DNA of 64,000 bases from Candidatus Onthousia excrementipullorum (GTDB lineage: Bacteria > Bacillota_I > Bacilli_A > RF39 > UBA660): the NCBI GenBank assembly GCA_018712385.1, contig DVHC01000062.1:72208-136207 (forward strand). Direction: 5' to 3'. Shown piece after piece: positions 47,441 to 56,937 of this stretch; the first letter of the stretch is position 1; each line of letters begins with the position of its first letter. The notes under the pieces are model-generated. The model was given only the letters and a program-made list of their open reading frames with translations, did no database searches and was not told where the DNA came from. Both the position numbers and the translations under genes were made by a program.

Positions 47441-49363
47441 ATGGAAGAAAAAGTAGAAGGTAATTATGATTCTTCGGCTATACAAGTGCTAGAAGGATTA
47501 GAAGCTGTTAGAAAAAGACCTGGTATGTATATTGGTTCTACTAGTTCGAGAGGACTTCATCATTTAGTATGGGAAATTGTTGATAATGCAATAGATGAAG
47601 CTTTAGCAGGATATTGTACACATATTGAAGTTACTATTAATAAAGATAATAGTATTACAGTTAAAGATGATGGAAGAGGTATACCTGTTGATATTCATCC
47701 TAAAACTCATAAAAGTACAGTAGAAACTGTTTATACAGTACTTCATGCTGGAGGTAAATTTGGTGGAGGCGGATATAAAGTATCTGGAGGACTTCATGGT
47801 GTTGGAGCTTCAGTTGTTAATGCTTTATCTGACTGGTTAGAGGTTAAAGTATATCGTGATGGTAAGATATATTACCAAAGATATCAAACAGGAGGTAAAC
47901 CAGTTGAGCCTTTAAAAGTAATAGGAGAATGTGATAAAGATAGAACTGGTACAACTGTTACATTTAAACCAGATGACCAAATATTTACAGAAACTACTGT
48001 ATATGATTATGATACTTTAAAAACAAGACTTCGTGAGTTAGCTTTCTTGAATAGAGGTCTACGTATTACTTTATATGATGATAGAGAAACGCCTAGAAAA
48101 GATAGCTTTCATTATGAAGGTGGAATTAGAGAATATGTAGAGATGCTTAATAAGAATAAAAATCCAATTCATCCTACAATTATTGATGTAACTGGAGTTA
48201 TGAATGATATTTCAGTTGAAGTGGCTTTACAATATAATGAGTCATATAATGCAGCGATTTATTCATTTGTTAATAATATTACAACACCAGAAGGTGGTAC
48301 TCATGAAGATGGTGTAAGACGGGCTTTAACTAGAGTTTTGAATAAATATGCTGTTAGTCATAACCTTCTAAAAGATAAAGATGATTCTTTAAGTGGTGAT
48401 GATGTTAAAGAGGGTATTACAATGATTATTTCTGTAAAACATCCTAATCCACAGTTTGAAGGCCAGACTAAGACGAAACTTGGTAATAGTGAGGTTAGAG
48501 GAATAGCTGATAAAATATTTTCAGAACAATTTGAGAGATTTTTATTGGAACATCCAGATGAGGCGAGAATTATTGTAGAAAAATGTATAACAGCATCAAG
48601 AGCTCGTGTAGCTGCTAAGAAAGCAAGAGAGTTAACTCGTCGTAAGGGTGACCTAGATATGACTAATGTTTGGGGTAAACTTAATGACTGTAAGAGTAAA
48701 GATGCATCAGAATGTGAAATATTCTTAGTTGAGGGAGATTCTGCTGGTGGTTCTGCTATTAAAGGAAGAAATAGTATGACACAAGCGATACTTCCTTTAC
48801 GTGGTAAGATTTTAAATGTAGAAAAAGCAAGACTTGATAGAGCTTTATCTAATGAAGAGATTAGAACAATTATTACAGCATTTGGGACAGGAATAGGGGA
48901 AGAGTTCGATATTTCTAAGCTTCGTTATAATAAGATTATTATAATGACTGATGCTGATGTTGATGGTTCTCATATTAGAGTTTTACTTTTAACATTATTT
49001 TATCGTTTCTTTAAGCCTATTATTGAAGAAGGACATGTATATGCTGCTCAACCTCCTTTATATAGAATTACTCATGGTAAGACACGTAAATATGTTTTGG
49101 ATGAGGCAGAACGTGCTGAATATTTAGCAACTCTTTCTCCAAATACTAAATATGAGATAACTCGTATGAAAGGTTTAGGAGAAATGGATGCAGAAGAGTT
49201 AAATGAGACAACTATGGATATTAATAAGCGTGTTTTAAGACAAATTACAATAGATGATGCAGTTGCAGCGGATGAAGTATTTTCACAGCTTATGGGTGAA
49301 GAAGTGGCACCTCGTCGTGAATTTATTGAAACAAATGCTCCTTATGCAACGTTAGATGTTTAG
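47441..49363 (+). CDS. gyrB: DNA gyrase subunit B
   Basis: [43 protein letters not shown] and [12 protein letters not shown]. Confidence 0.97.
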   Translation: MEEKVEGNYDSSAIQVLEGLEAVRKRPGMYIGSTSSRGLHHLVWEIVDNAIDEALAGYCTHIEVTINKDNSITVKDDGRGIPVDIHPKTHKSTVETVYTVLHAGGKFGGGGYKVSGGLHGVGASVVNALSDWLEVKVYRDGKIYYQRYQTGGKPVEPLKVIGECDKDRTGTTVTFKPDDQIFTETTVYDYDTLKTRLRELAFLNRGLRITLYDDRETPRKDSFHYEGGIREYVEMLNKNKNPIHPTIIDVTGVMNDISVEVALQYNESYNAAIYSFVNNITTPEGGTHEDGVRRALTRVLNKYAVSHNLLKDKDDSLSGDDVKEGITMIISVKHPNPQFEGQTKTKLGNSEVRGIADKIFSEQFERFLLEHPDEARIIVEKCITASRARVAAKKARELTRRKGDLDMTNVWGKLNDCKSKDASECEIFLVEGDSAGGSAIKGRNSMTQAILPLRGKILNVEKARLDRALSNEEIRTIITAFGTGIGEEFDISKLRYNKIIIMTDADVDGSHIRVLLLTLFYRFFKPIIEEGHVYAAQPPLYRITHGKTRKYVLDEAERAEYLATLSPNTKYEITRMKGLGEMDAEELNETTMDINKRVLRQITIDDAVAADEVFSQLMGEEVAPRREFIETNAPYATLDV

Positions 49364-49376
49364 GAGGTAAGTGGTT

Positions 49377-51821
49377 ATGGATAGATTAGAACAAAATAAT
49401 ATAGTAAAAGAAGTAAAAGACTCTTTTCTTGATTATTCAATGAGTGTTATTACAGCAAGGGCAATTCCTGATTTAAGAGATGGTTTAAAGCCTGTTCATC
49501 GTAGAATTCTATATTCTATGTTTGAATCTGGTTATACACCTGATAAGCCTCACAGAAAAAGTGCTAAGACTGTTGGTGAGGTTATGGGTAATTATCATCC
49601 TCATGGTGATAGTTCTATTTACGAAGCAATGGTTAGAATGGCTCAAGATTTTTCATATCGATATATGTTAATTGATGGTCATGGTAACTTTGGTAATATT
49701 GAAGGTTATGGGGCAGCAGCAATGCGTTATACCGAATCAAGACTTTCAAAAATATCTCTTGAACTTTTAAGAAATATTAATAAAAATACAGTAGATTTTA
49801 CTCCTAACTTTGATGAATCTTCAAAAGAACCTGTAGTTTTACCTTCAAGGTTTCCTAATATTTTAGTTAATGGTACTACTGGTATTGCTGTCGGTATGGC
49901 AACAAATATTCCTCCTCATAATTTAAAAGAGGTAATTGATGGTTGTGTTGCTTATATCGACAATCCTGATATTGATGTAGATGGCTTAATGCAATATATT
50001 AAGGGACCTGATTTTCCAACAGGAGCATCTATTCTTGGTAATAGTGGTATTAAAAAGGCTTATGAGACTGGTAGAGGAACTATTACTATTAGAAGTAAAG
50101 CTCAAATTGAAGAGAAAAATGGTAGACAATATATAATTATTGATGAAGTTCCATATGGTGTTAATACATCTGAGTTAAAAAACAAAGTAGCAGAACTTGT
50201 TCATAATAAGACAATTGAAGGTATTTCTGATTATCATTCTGATTTAAAAGATGGTATTAAGATTACTATTACATTGAAGAAGGATGCCAATGCTCAAGTT
50301 GTATTGAATAAATTATATAAACATACACAGTTTCAAACTAGTTATGGAATAATTTTCTTGATGTTAGACCAAGGTGTTCCTAGAACTTTAGGATTAAAGG
50401 ACATTATTGCAAAATATATTGATTTCCAAAGGGAAGTTATTATAAGAAGAACGCAATTTGATTTAGATAATGCGGAGAAACGTGTTCATATTTTAGAAGG
50501 TTTAAAGATTGCCTTAGATAACATTGATGAAGTAATTAAGTTAATTAGAGGTTCTAAGTCTGATGATGAGGCTAGAAGTGGTTTAATGAGTAAGTTTGGC
50601 TTAACTGAAATACAAGCGAATGCTATCTTAGAGATGAGACTTAGAAGATTAACTGGATTAGAAAGAGAAAAAATAGAGAATGAACTTAAGGATTTACTTG
50701 AATTAATTGCTAATTTAAAAGATATTTTAAGTAGTGATGCGAAGATTCTTAATGTTATTAAGACAGAGCTTCTAGAGATTAAAGATAAATATGGAGATGA
50801 CAGAAGAACTAATATTGATATGACAGCGATTGAGTATATTGAAGATGAGTCTTTAATTCCTGTAGAAGATGTTATTGTAACATTAACTAATAAAGGTTAT
50901 ATAAAGAGATTAAGAGCAGATACTTACAAGAGTCAAAATCGTGGTGGTGTTGGAATTAAAGGAATGGCTACGAATGAAGAGGACTTTGTTAAACATTTAA
51001 TCTCAATGAAAACACATGATTATATCTTATTCTTCTCTAATAAAGGAAGAGTGTATAGACTTAAAGGATATGAGATTCCAGAGTATAGTCGTCAATCTAA
51101 AGGTCTACCTGTGGTAAACTTATTATCGCTAGAAAATGGTGAGAACATTAGTTCGATAGTATGCTTAGACCCTTCTGTGGAAAACTATAAATATTTACTT
51201 TTTGTTACCAGAAATGGTCTTGTAAAACGTACGGAAATAAAGGAATTTGATAATATCCGTAAGAGTGGAAAGATAGCAATTGTTCTTAAAGATAATGATG
51301 AGTTAATAGCTGTGGATAAAACTACTGGTGAAGATGAAGTAATAATCGGTGCTAGCAATGGAAGAATGGTAAGATTTGTGGAAACTGAAATACGTTCTAT
51401 GGGTCGTGGTACATCTGGAGTTAAAGGAATTGACCTTGATGGAAGTGTCGTTGTTGGTGCTAATGTTGTAACTGGAAATCAAGAAGTTTTAATTGTTACT
51501 GAGAATGGTTATGGTAAGAAAACAGATATAAATGAATATAGATTAACTCATAGAGGTAGTAAGGGTGTTAAAGCTTTAAATATGACTGATAAAAACGGTT
51601 CTATGGTTTCTCTAAATTGCGTTAATGCTGATGAAAGTGATAAAAAAGATGTAATGATTATTACAGATAGTGGTGTTATTATGAGAATGCCAATGGAACA
51701 GATATCTACTTTAAAGAGAGCAACTCAAGGAGTTAGGTTAATTCATTTAAAAGATGATCAAAAAGTTGCAACAGTGACAGTTGTGGATAAAGATGAAGAA
51801 GAAAGTACTAATGAAGAGTAA
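49377..51821 (+). CDS. gyrA: DNA gyrase subunit A
   Basis: [36 protein letters not shown] and AAAMRYTE (catalytic Tyr). Start taken at the ATG at 49377, 9 nt after AGGAGG. Confidence 0.97.
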   Translation: MDRLEQNNIVKEVKDSFLDYSMSVITARAIPDLRDGLKPVHRRILYSMFESGYTPDKPHRKSAKTVGEVMGNYHPHGDSSIYEAMVRMAQDFSYRYMLIDGHGNFGNIEGYGAAAMRYTESRLSKISLELLRNINKNTVDFTPNFDESSKEPVVLPSRFPNILVNGTTGIAVGMATNIPPHNLKEVIDGCVAYIDNPDIDVDGLMQYIKGPDFPTGASILGNSGIKKAYETGRGTITIRSKAQIEEKNGRQYIIIDEVPYGVNTSELKNKVAELVHNKTIEGISDYHSDLKDGIKITITLKKDANAQVVLNKLYKHTQFQTSYGIIFLMLDQGVPRTLGLKDIIAKYIDFQREVIIRRTQFDLDNAEKRVHILEGLKIALDNIDEVIKLIRGSKSDDEARSGLMSKFGLTEIQANAILEMRLRRLTGLEREKIENELKDLLELIANLKDILSSDAKILNVIKTELLEIKDKYGDDRRTNIDMTAIEYIEDESLIPVEDVIVTLTNKGYIKRLRADTYKSQNRGGVGIKGMATNEEDFVKHLISMKTHDYILFFSNKGRVYRLKGYEIPEYSRQSKGLPVVNLLSLENGENISSIVCLDPSVENYKYLLFVTRNGLVKRTEIKEFDNIRKSGKIAIVLKDNDELIAVDKTTGEDEVIIGASNGRMVRFVETEIRSMGRGTSGVKGIDLDGSVVVGANVVTGNQEVLIVTENGYGKKTDINEYRLTHRGSKGVKALNMTDKNGSMVSLNCVNADESDKKDVMIITDSGVIMRMPMEQISTLKRATQGVRLIHLKDDQKVATVTVVDKDEEESTNEE

Positions 51822-51836
51822 CTTCTTCTTTTTTTT
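51796..51836 (+). terminator. Candidate intrinsic terminator of gyrA
   Basis: AAGAAG(A)AAGT, a 14-nt loop, then ACTTCTTCTT followed by TTTTTT. Confidence 0.45.
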
Positions 51837-51852
51837 AAGCTTTATATATTGA

Positions 51853-51868
51853 TGTTTCACGTGGAACA
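51853..51868. promoter_or_regulatory. parS site, unit 1
   Basis: TGTTTCACGTGGAACA is the reverse complement of TGTTCCACGTGAAACA, a perfect fit to the B. subtilis parS consensus TGTTNCACGTGAAACA. Confidence 0.85.
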
Positions 51869-51909
51869 TATAGAGAGGTAGATAAAACTATATGGATAAG
51901 TAGTAAAAT

Positions 51910-51925
51910 TATTTCCCGGGAAATA
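51910..51925. promoter_or_regulatory. Noc-binding-site (NBS) palindrome, unit 1
   Basis: TATTTCCCGGGAAATA contains the B. subtilis NBS core ATTTCCCGGGAAAT. It is embedded in the perfect 24-bp palindrome AAATTATTTCCCGGGAAATAATTT (51906-51929). Confidence 0.8.
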
Positions 51926-51979
51926 ATTTAGGTAGAAGTAAGTATTAAAGTTATACTTTATTTAAAGCTTATATACTAA

Positions 51980-51995
51980 TGTTTCACGTAAAACA
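51980..51995. promoter_or_regulatory. parS-like site, unit 2 (one core mismatch)
   Basis: TGTTTCACGTAAAACA; the central CACGTG is changed to CACGTA. Confidence 0.5.
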
Positions 51996-52036
51996 TATGA
52001 AGAAGTAGATAAAGCTATATAGAGAAGTAGTAAAAT

Positions 52037-52052
52037 TATTTCCCGGGAAATA
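52037..52052. promoter_or_regulatory. NBS palindrome, unit 2
   Basis: TATTTCCCGGGAAATA within the same 24-bp palindrome. Confidence 0.8.
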
Positions 52053-52106
52053 ATTTAGATAGAAGTAAGTATTAAATTTATACTTTCTTTAAACTTTATA
52101 TACTAA

Positions 52107-52122
52107 TGTTTCACGTGGAACA
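52107..52122. promoter_or_regulatory. parS site, unit 3
   Basis: TGTTTCACGTGGAACA, a perfect consensus fit. Confidence 0.85.
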
Positions 52123-52163
52123 TATAAAGAAGTAGATGAAACTATATAGAGAAGCAGTAAAAT

Positions 52164-52179
52164 TATTTCCCGGGAAATA
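52164..52179. promoter_or_regulatory. NBS palindrome, unit 3
   Basis: TATTTCCCGGGAAATA within the same 24-bp palindrome. Confidence 0.8.
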
Positions 52180-52233
52180 ATTTAGGTAGAAGTAAGTATT
52201 AAAGTTATACTTTCTTTAAACTTTATATACTAA

Positions 52234-52249
52234 TGTTTCACGTGGAACA
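52234..52249. promoter_or_regulatory. parS site, unit 4
   Basis: TGTTTCACGTGGAACA, a perfect consensus fit. Confidence 0.85.
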
Positions 52250-52290
52250 TATAAAGAAGCTAATAAAACTATATAGAAAAGTAGTAAAAT

Positions 52291-52306
52291 TATTTCCCGG
52301 GAAATA
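52291..52306. promoter_or_regulatory. NBS palindrome, unit 4
   Basis: TATTTCCCGGGAAATA within the same 24-bp palindrome. Confidence 0.8.
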
Positions 52307-52360
52307 ATTTATAGAGAAATAAGTATTAAATTTATACTTTATTTAAAACTTATATACTAA

Positions 52361-52376
52361 TGTTTCACGTGAAACA
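52361..52376. promoter_or_regulatory. parS site, unit 5 (perfect 16-bp palindrome)
   Basis: TGTTTCACGTGAAACA. Confidence 0.85.
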
Positions 52377-52417
52377 TATAAAAAAGTGGATAAAGCTTTA
52401 TAGAGAAGTATTAAAAT

Positions 52418-52433
52418 TATTTCCCGGGAAATA
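52418..52433. promoter_or_regulatory. NBS palindrome, unit 5
   Basis: TATTTCCCGGGAAATA within the same 24-bp palindrome. Confidence 0.8.
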
Positions 52434-52487
52434 ATTTAGATAGAAATAAGTATTGAATTTATGGTTTCTTTAAACTATATATACCAA

Positions 52488-52504
52488 TGTTTTCATGCGG
52501 AACA
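52488..52504. promoter_or_regulatory. Degenerate parS remnant, unit 6
   Basis: TGTTTTCATGCGGAACA has a 1-nt insertion and a disrupted core. Confidence 0.3.
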
Positions 52505-52545
52505 TATAAAGAAGTAGACAAAATTATATAGAAAAGTAGTAAAAT

Positions 52546-52561
52546 TATTTCCCGGGAAATA
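52546..52561. promoter_or_regulatory. NBS palindrome, unit 6
   Basis: TATTTCCCGGGAAATA within the same 24-bp palindrome. Confidence 0.8.
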
Positions 52562-52590
52562 ATTTGATATCTATTTGTATTTTTTTCTGC

Positions 52591-52619
52591 TTGAAATAAT
52601 TATTATTTTCCTGTATACT
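52591..52619 (+). promoter_or_regulatory. Promoter of the SRP RNA gene
   Basis: TTGAAA (52591-52596), 17 nt, TATACT (52614-52619). The predicted start, about 52626, coincides with the 5' end of the SRP RNA helix. Confidence 0.6.
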
Positions 52620-52625
52620 TTAGTC

Positions 52626-52700
52626 GTGCAATAAATTAGTTTGGAATCAGGTCAGGATGGAAACATAGCAGCCTTAACAAATTTAATTTATGTGCACTTT
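52626..52700 (+). ncRNA. ffs: Small (4.5S-type) signal recognition particle RNA
   Basis: The domain IV core CAGGUCAGG-AUG-GAAA-CAU-AGCAGCC has the same layout as E. coli 4.5S CAGGUCAGG-UCC-GGAA-GGA-AGCAGCC. The closing helix pairs GUGCAAUAAAUUA with UAAUUUAUGUGCAC and is followed by a T7 run. Confidence 0.8.
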
Positions 52701-52728
52701 TTTTATACTATAAAAAGGAGATTGTTAT

Positions 52729-53187
52729 ATGAATGATTATCAATATATGTTGTTGGCTATAGAAGAAGCAAAGAAAGCTTATGATAACGATGAAGTTCCG
52801 GTTGGTGCTGTTATTGTTCAAAATGGTAAAGTTATTTCTTCTGCTCATAATAGAAAGGAAGAGTGCCAATGTTCTCTTGAACATGCTGAATTAATTGCTA
52901 TTAAAAGTGCCTGTGGAAAAAATAATAACTGGAGGTTAACTAATGCGGTGATGTACGTAACATTAGAACCCTGTCCTATGTGTGCTAGTGCTATTAAACA
53001 GTCTAGAATTAGTAAAGTTGTATATCTATTAGATAATAGTAATGATAATATACGAGAAATCGTTAATAATATTTTTAATTCAGAAGATGCAAATAAGCCT
53101 GTGGAAAAAGTAAAATTAGATATTTCAAAGTTTAAAAGTGAAGATGTAAGAATGCTAAGTGATTTTTTTAAGAAAAAGCGTAATTGA
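52729..53187 (+). CDS. tadA: tRNA-specific adenosine deaminase
   Basis: HAELIAI and PCPMCASAI zinc motifs; 152 aa; AAGGAG RBS. Confidence 0.9.
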   Translation: MNDYQYMLLAIEEAKKAYDNDEVPVGAVIVQNGKVISSAHNRKEECQCSLEHAELIAIKSACGKNNNWRLTNAVMYVTLEPCPMCASAIKQSRISKVVYLLDNSNDNIREIVNNIFNSEDANKPVEKVKLDISKFKSEDVRMLSDFFKKKRN

Positions 53188-53257
53188 ACAAATGTTTTAT
53201 ATGTTATTTTCTTCTTTTGTTTGTTATACTAATTGTGTTTAGTGAGGTGAAAACATT

Positions 53258-54949
53258 ATGTATCAAGCTTTATATCGTAAATATAGACCTACTGTTTTTG
53301 ATGATGTAGTTGGACAGAATGTAGTAGTTAATACTTTAAAAAATGCAATTAAATATAATCATATAAATCATGCTTATTTGTTTTCTGGTCCTAGAGGTAC
53401 TGGTAAGACAACAATTGCCAAGATATTCGCAAGATCTGTTAACTGTTTAGAACCAGTTGATGGTGTTGCCTGTGGGAAATGTAAAAGTTGCTTATATTCT
53501 TTTTCTAAAGAGTGTATGGATATTATTGAAATAGATGCTGCCTCTAATAATGGCGTTGATGAAATAAGAGAACTTCGTAGTAAAGTTAATATTTTGCCTA
53601 GTGAATTAAAATATAAAGTATATATTATAGATGAGGTTCATATGTTATCAATTGGTGCTTTTAATGCTTTACTTAAAACTATTGAAGAGCCTCCAGAACA
53701 TGTTATTTTTATATTAGCCACTACAGATCCAGAAAAAATACCTGCAACAATAATATCTAGATGTCAATGGTATTCTTTTAAGAAGATTGGTAATGATGAT
53801 ATAAAGAAAAGATTATCAGAGATAGTTAAAGCTGAAAATATAAAAATTGAAGATAATGTTCTTGATAAGATTGCTCAAGCTTCTGATGGGGGACTTCGTG
53901 ATGCGATTGGACTTCTTGATAAACTAAGAGCTTTTTGTACTGATGAGATTACTTTAAATGATTTTTATGAGATAAATGGGGAAGTTAATGAGGAAGAATT
54001 AAAAAAACTAGAGAATTTAATATTTTCTTATGAAATAAGCGATGTTCTTTCAACTATTGAAAGTTATTATCAAAATGGTAAAAATTTAATACAAGTAGTT
54101 AAACAGTTGATGATTCTTATAAAAGATGAGCTTTTTGACCATTATTTAAATGATTCTGTACTTTCTTTTGATGAAGAAGAACTTGTTAACTTTCTTAATC
54201 TATTAAATGAACATCTTGTCGAGTTAAAAAAAGCTGATGATGTTAGATTGTCTATAGAGATATTCTTGTTACATTATATTAATGAACATAAAAATAAAGA
54301 TTCTAAGGTGGAAGTTAGGAGTCAAGTAAATACTAATAATATAAAAGAAACTTCTTATGTAAGACCTGCAAAAGAAGTAAAAACTATATCCACAGAGACT
54401 GTGGAAAAAGAAAATAAAGAAAAAACTTTATCAACAGAAGTTGTTCAAAAAAATAATGAACAAACTCAAAAATATAAAGAGTTAATGTTAATAAGAAGTA
54501 AGAATACAATGATAGAAGCAGTTAAAGATGAACTTAATAAAGAAACTGCTAATCTTGAAAAGCTTAATGATTATACATTTGATCCTAATAATGGTTACCT
54601 TGCTTGTGAACTTTTAGATGGTAAGATTAGGGCTTCTAGTCCTAAGAATATTGTTATTAGTTATGATTATGAAGGAATGGTAGATAAGTTAAGCAATTAT
54701 TTTGATAAATTAAATGACTTTTATAATGAAAAGACAGGCTCATCTAAAAAAATTGCTTTTATTACAACAGCAAAGTGGAATGAGTTAAAATTAGAATACA
54801 TTAATCTACATAAACAAGGTAAACACTTTGAATATCAAGAAGAACCTGTATTGAATACTTTAGGAGAAGATGATAAAATAAATAGTGAATCTAACGACTT
54901 AATAAGTAAAACTATTGAGATGTTTGGAGATTTAGTAGAAGTTGAATAG
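53258..54949 (+). CDS. dnaX: DNA polymerase III subunit tau/gamma
   Basis: YRKYRPTVFDDVVGQ, GPRGTGKTT, the CxxC zinc module, IIDEVHMLS and SRCQ. Confidence 0.95.
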   Translation: MYQALYRKYRPTVFDDVVGQNVVVNTLKNAIKYNHINHAYLFSGPRGTGKTTIAKIFARSVNCLEPVDGVACGKCKSCLYSFSKECMDIIEIDAASNNGVDEIRELRSKVNILPSELKYKVYIIDEVHMLSIGAFNALLKTIEEPPEHVIFILATTDPEKIPATIISRCQWYSFKKIGNDDIKKRLSEIVKAENIKIEDNVLDKIAQASDGGLRDAIGLLDKLRAFCTDEITLNDFYEINGEVNEEELKKLENLIFSYEISDVLSTIESYYQNGKNLIQVVKQLMILIKDELFDHYLNDSVLSFDEEELVNFLNLLNEHLVELKKADDVRLSIEIFLLHYINEHKNKDSKVEVRSQVNTNNIKETSYVRPAKEVKTISTETVEKENKEKTLSTEVVQKNNEQTQKYKELMLIRSKNTMIEAVKDELNKETANLEKLNDYTFDPNNGYLACELLDGKIRASSPKNIVISYDYEGMVDKLSNYFDKLNDFYNEKTGSSKKIAFITTAKWNELKLEYINLHKQGKHFEYQEEPVLNTLGEDDKINSESNDLISKTIEMFGDLVEVE

Positions 54950-54963
54950 AAAGAAGGAATATT

Positions 54964-55260
54964 ATGAATATACAAGCGATGATGAAACAAGCTCAGAAAT
55001 TACAAAGTGATATGATGAAAGTTAAGGACGAAATCGATAAGATGGAGTTTTCTAGTACTAATGGTTTAGTAACAGTTAAAATTAATGGTAAGAAGGAAAT
55101 AATAGATGTTAAAATTGCCAACGATTCTGATTTTTCTAGTGATGATTTAGAAATGCTTCAAGATATGATAGTTATTGCAGTAAATGATGCAATGAAACAA
55201 GTAGATAAAGTTACAGAAGAGAAAATGGGACGTTTTAGTTCTATACCTGGGTTATTTTAA
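54964..55260 (+). CDS. ybaB: Nucleoid-associated protein YbaB/EbfC
   Basis: 98 aa; MMKQAQKLQSDMMKVKDE...; between dnaX and recR. Confidence 0.9.
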   Translation: MNIQAMMKQAQKLQSDMMKVKDEIDKMEFSSTNGLVTVKINGKKEIIDVKIANDSDFSSDDLEMLQDMIVIAVNDAMKQVDKVTEEKMGRFSSIPGLF

Positions 55261-55856
55261 TGTATCCTGATAGTTTAAAGAACTTAATAGAGAGTTTTGA
55301 AAATTTTCCAGGAATAGGGGAAAAGACGGCAGAACGGATGGCTTTTTCTGTTCTTGGGTTTGATGAAGATAAATTTAGATTGTTACAAGAAAATTTAGAA
55401 GATGTTAAAAATAATATTCATCCATGTAAGATATGTAATACACTTACTGATAAAGATGAATGTATGATATGTAGTTCTGACTTGAGAGAAAAAGGGACTA
55501 TTTTAGTGGTAGAAGATTCTAAAATAGTGTTCTTGTTTGAAAAGTTAGGTACTTATAAAGGTCTATATCATGTAATTAATGGACTTATTTCACCACTTGA
55601 TGATGTTAATCCTGAAGATATAGGACTTGATAAATTATTGGATAGAGTTAAGAATGAAAATATTAAAGAAGTAATACTTGCTTTAAAACCTAGTGTAGAA
55701 GGAGAGATAACTTCTTTATATATTAAAAAAATACTAGAAGGAATGAATATTGTTGTTACAAGACTTGCTAGTGGGGTACCTATAGGTGCTGATATGGAAT
55801 ATATAGATACTCTTACTTTGGAAAGAGCTTTAGAAGATAGAAAAGAACTTTCATAA
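55260..55856 (+). CDS. recR: Recombination protein RecR
   Basis: FPGIGEKTAERMAF helix-hairpin-helix, a C4 zinc finger (CKICNTLTDKDECMIC) and a Toprim domain. Confidence 0.95.
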   Translation: MYPDSLKNLIESFENFPGIGEKTAERMAFSVLGFDEDKFRLLQENLEDVKNNIHPCKICNTLTDKDECMICSSDLREKGTILVVEDSKIVFLFEKLGTYKGLYHVINGLISPLDDVNPEDIGLDKLLDRVKNENIKEVILALKPSVEGEITSLYIKKILEGMNIVVTRLASGVPIGADMEYIDTLTLERALEDRKELS

Positions 55857-55895
55857 TTATAAATACTTTGTCATATGCTTTATTAGGTGAAGACT

Positions 55896-56093
55896 ATGAA
55901 GCAAGTTATGAAGAAAGTATGGCATGTTTTACAAAAAATAATAATTAGTACTTTTATACTTTATGGATATAATTTAATTGCAACGAGATTTAACTTGGTT
56001 ATTCCTATTAATGTTATTACAGTAGGGTCTGTTAGTTTACTTGGATTTCCAATGCTCTTTGTTTTGGTTTTATTAAAAGTATTAATGTTTTAA
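55896..56093 (+). CDS. bofA: BofA-family small membrane protein (pro-sigma-K processing inhibitor-like)
   Basis: Two TM helices and IPINVITVGSVSLLGFPMLF, resembling the BofA GxN...GLPG region. Same position after recR as in B. subtilis. Start taken at the ATG at 55896 after AGGTGA. Confidence 0.55.
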   Translation: MKQVMKKVWHVLQKIIISTFILYGYNLIATRFNLVIPINVITVGSVSLLGFPMLFVLVLLKVLMF

Positions 56094-56108
56094 GAGGTGG
56101 ATATAGTA

Positions 56109-56936
56109 ATGGATTTAGAAGTAGAGTCTTTACAGCCTAAATTTTATAATGAGATAAATAAAGCTCTTGATAAGGGCTTTTTGTCACATGCATATCTAAT
56201 AGAGACTAATAATAATAGTTTAGAGGTTGTTAAGAAATATATTCTTTTCTTAGTAGAGAAAATATATGAAGACTCTTATAAAAATCATGATGTTACTATA
56301 TCTAAAGATAAATTATTTCATTTAATTGAAAATAAAGAGTTTCCTGATTATATAGAAGTTAATCCTATTAATAATCAGATAAAAAAAGAACAATTACTAT
56401 TTATTAGAGATGAGTTTTCTAGTAAATCTCTTTATAATACAAGAAAAGTATATGTTGTATTTGAATGTGAAAAGATGAATGTTAGTGCTTCTAATACAAT
56501 TTTAAAGTTTCTTGAAGAACCAAGTGATGACGTAGTGGCTATCTTTGTTACTAGTAATCAATATAATATTTTAGATACTATTAAATCTAGATGTCAGATT
56601 ATAAGACTTCAATATGAAGATAGTAGTGATATTAGTTTTAGTGATGATGTTCTTTCTTTTGTTGAAGATATAAATAATAGAAAGAATGAGGACTTGTTAC
56701 TTAAGTTTAATTATTATAACAATAACTTGTTTAAAGATAAGAGTATGGCAACTAATTTTATTAGAGAAGTACTTAAGTATTATGAAGTATTATTAAATAA
56801 AAAAGATGGCACTACTAAACTAGAAGAGATAATTAATATTGTCTCTATATTAGATAAAAGCTTTAAAAAATTAAAATATAATGTTAATATGAAGTTATGG
56901 ATTGATGATTTATTGCTTTCTTTGATGGAGGTGTAG
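56109..56936 (+). CDS. holB: DNA polymerase III delta-prime subunit
   Basis: LSHAYLIE, ASNTILKFLEEP and KSRCQ motifs. Start at the ATG at 56109, 8 nt after AAGAGGTGG. Confidence 0.85.
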   Translation: MDLEVESLQPKFYNEINKALDKGFLSHAYLIETNNNSLEVVKKYILFLVEKIYEDSYKNHDVTISKDKLFHLIENKEFPDYIEVNPINNQIKKEQLLFIRDEFSSKSLYNTRKVYVVFECEKMNVSASNTILKFLEEPSDDVVAIFVTSNQYNILDTIKSRCQIIRLQYEDSSDISFSDDVLSFVEDINNRKNEDLLLKFNYYNNNLFKDKSMATNFIREVLKYYEVLLNKKDGTTKLEEIINIVSILDKSFKKLKYNVNMKLWIDDLLLSLMEV

Positions 56937-56937
56937 G

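Larger units (their letters stand above)
51841..52565. repeat. Tandem array of six ~127-bp units, each containing one parS-like and one NBS-like palindrome
   Basis: parS starts at 51853, 51980, 52107, 52234, 52361 and 52488. NBS 16-mers start at 51910, 52037, 52164, 52291, 52418 and 52546. The period is 127 bp (128 for the last unit). Spacers between the palindromes are homologous but carry scattered substitutions. No ORF of 60 aa or more is listed across this region in the track. Confidence 0.95.

Noticed and set aside
51841-52565. The repeat array considered as a CRISPR locus, or as a series of rho-independent terminators.
   Set aside because: The period is 127 bp and the 'spacers' are homologous to each other, so these are true tandem duplications rather than unique spacers. 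No cas genes are present. The palindromes have no loop and no U-tract outside the stem, so they are poor terminators, whereas they match two known protein-binding consensus sites exactly.
51822-52728. Expected an rRNA operon or tRNA genes after gyrA, and after bofA at about 56094, as in B. subtilis.
   Set aside because: No 16S/23S/5S-like conserved sequence or cloverleaf-forming segment is visible. The gyrA-tadA gap is fully accounted for by the repeat array and the small SRP RNA gene.
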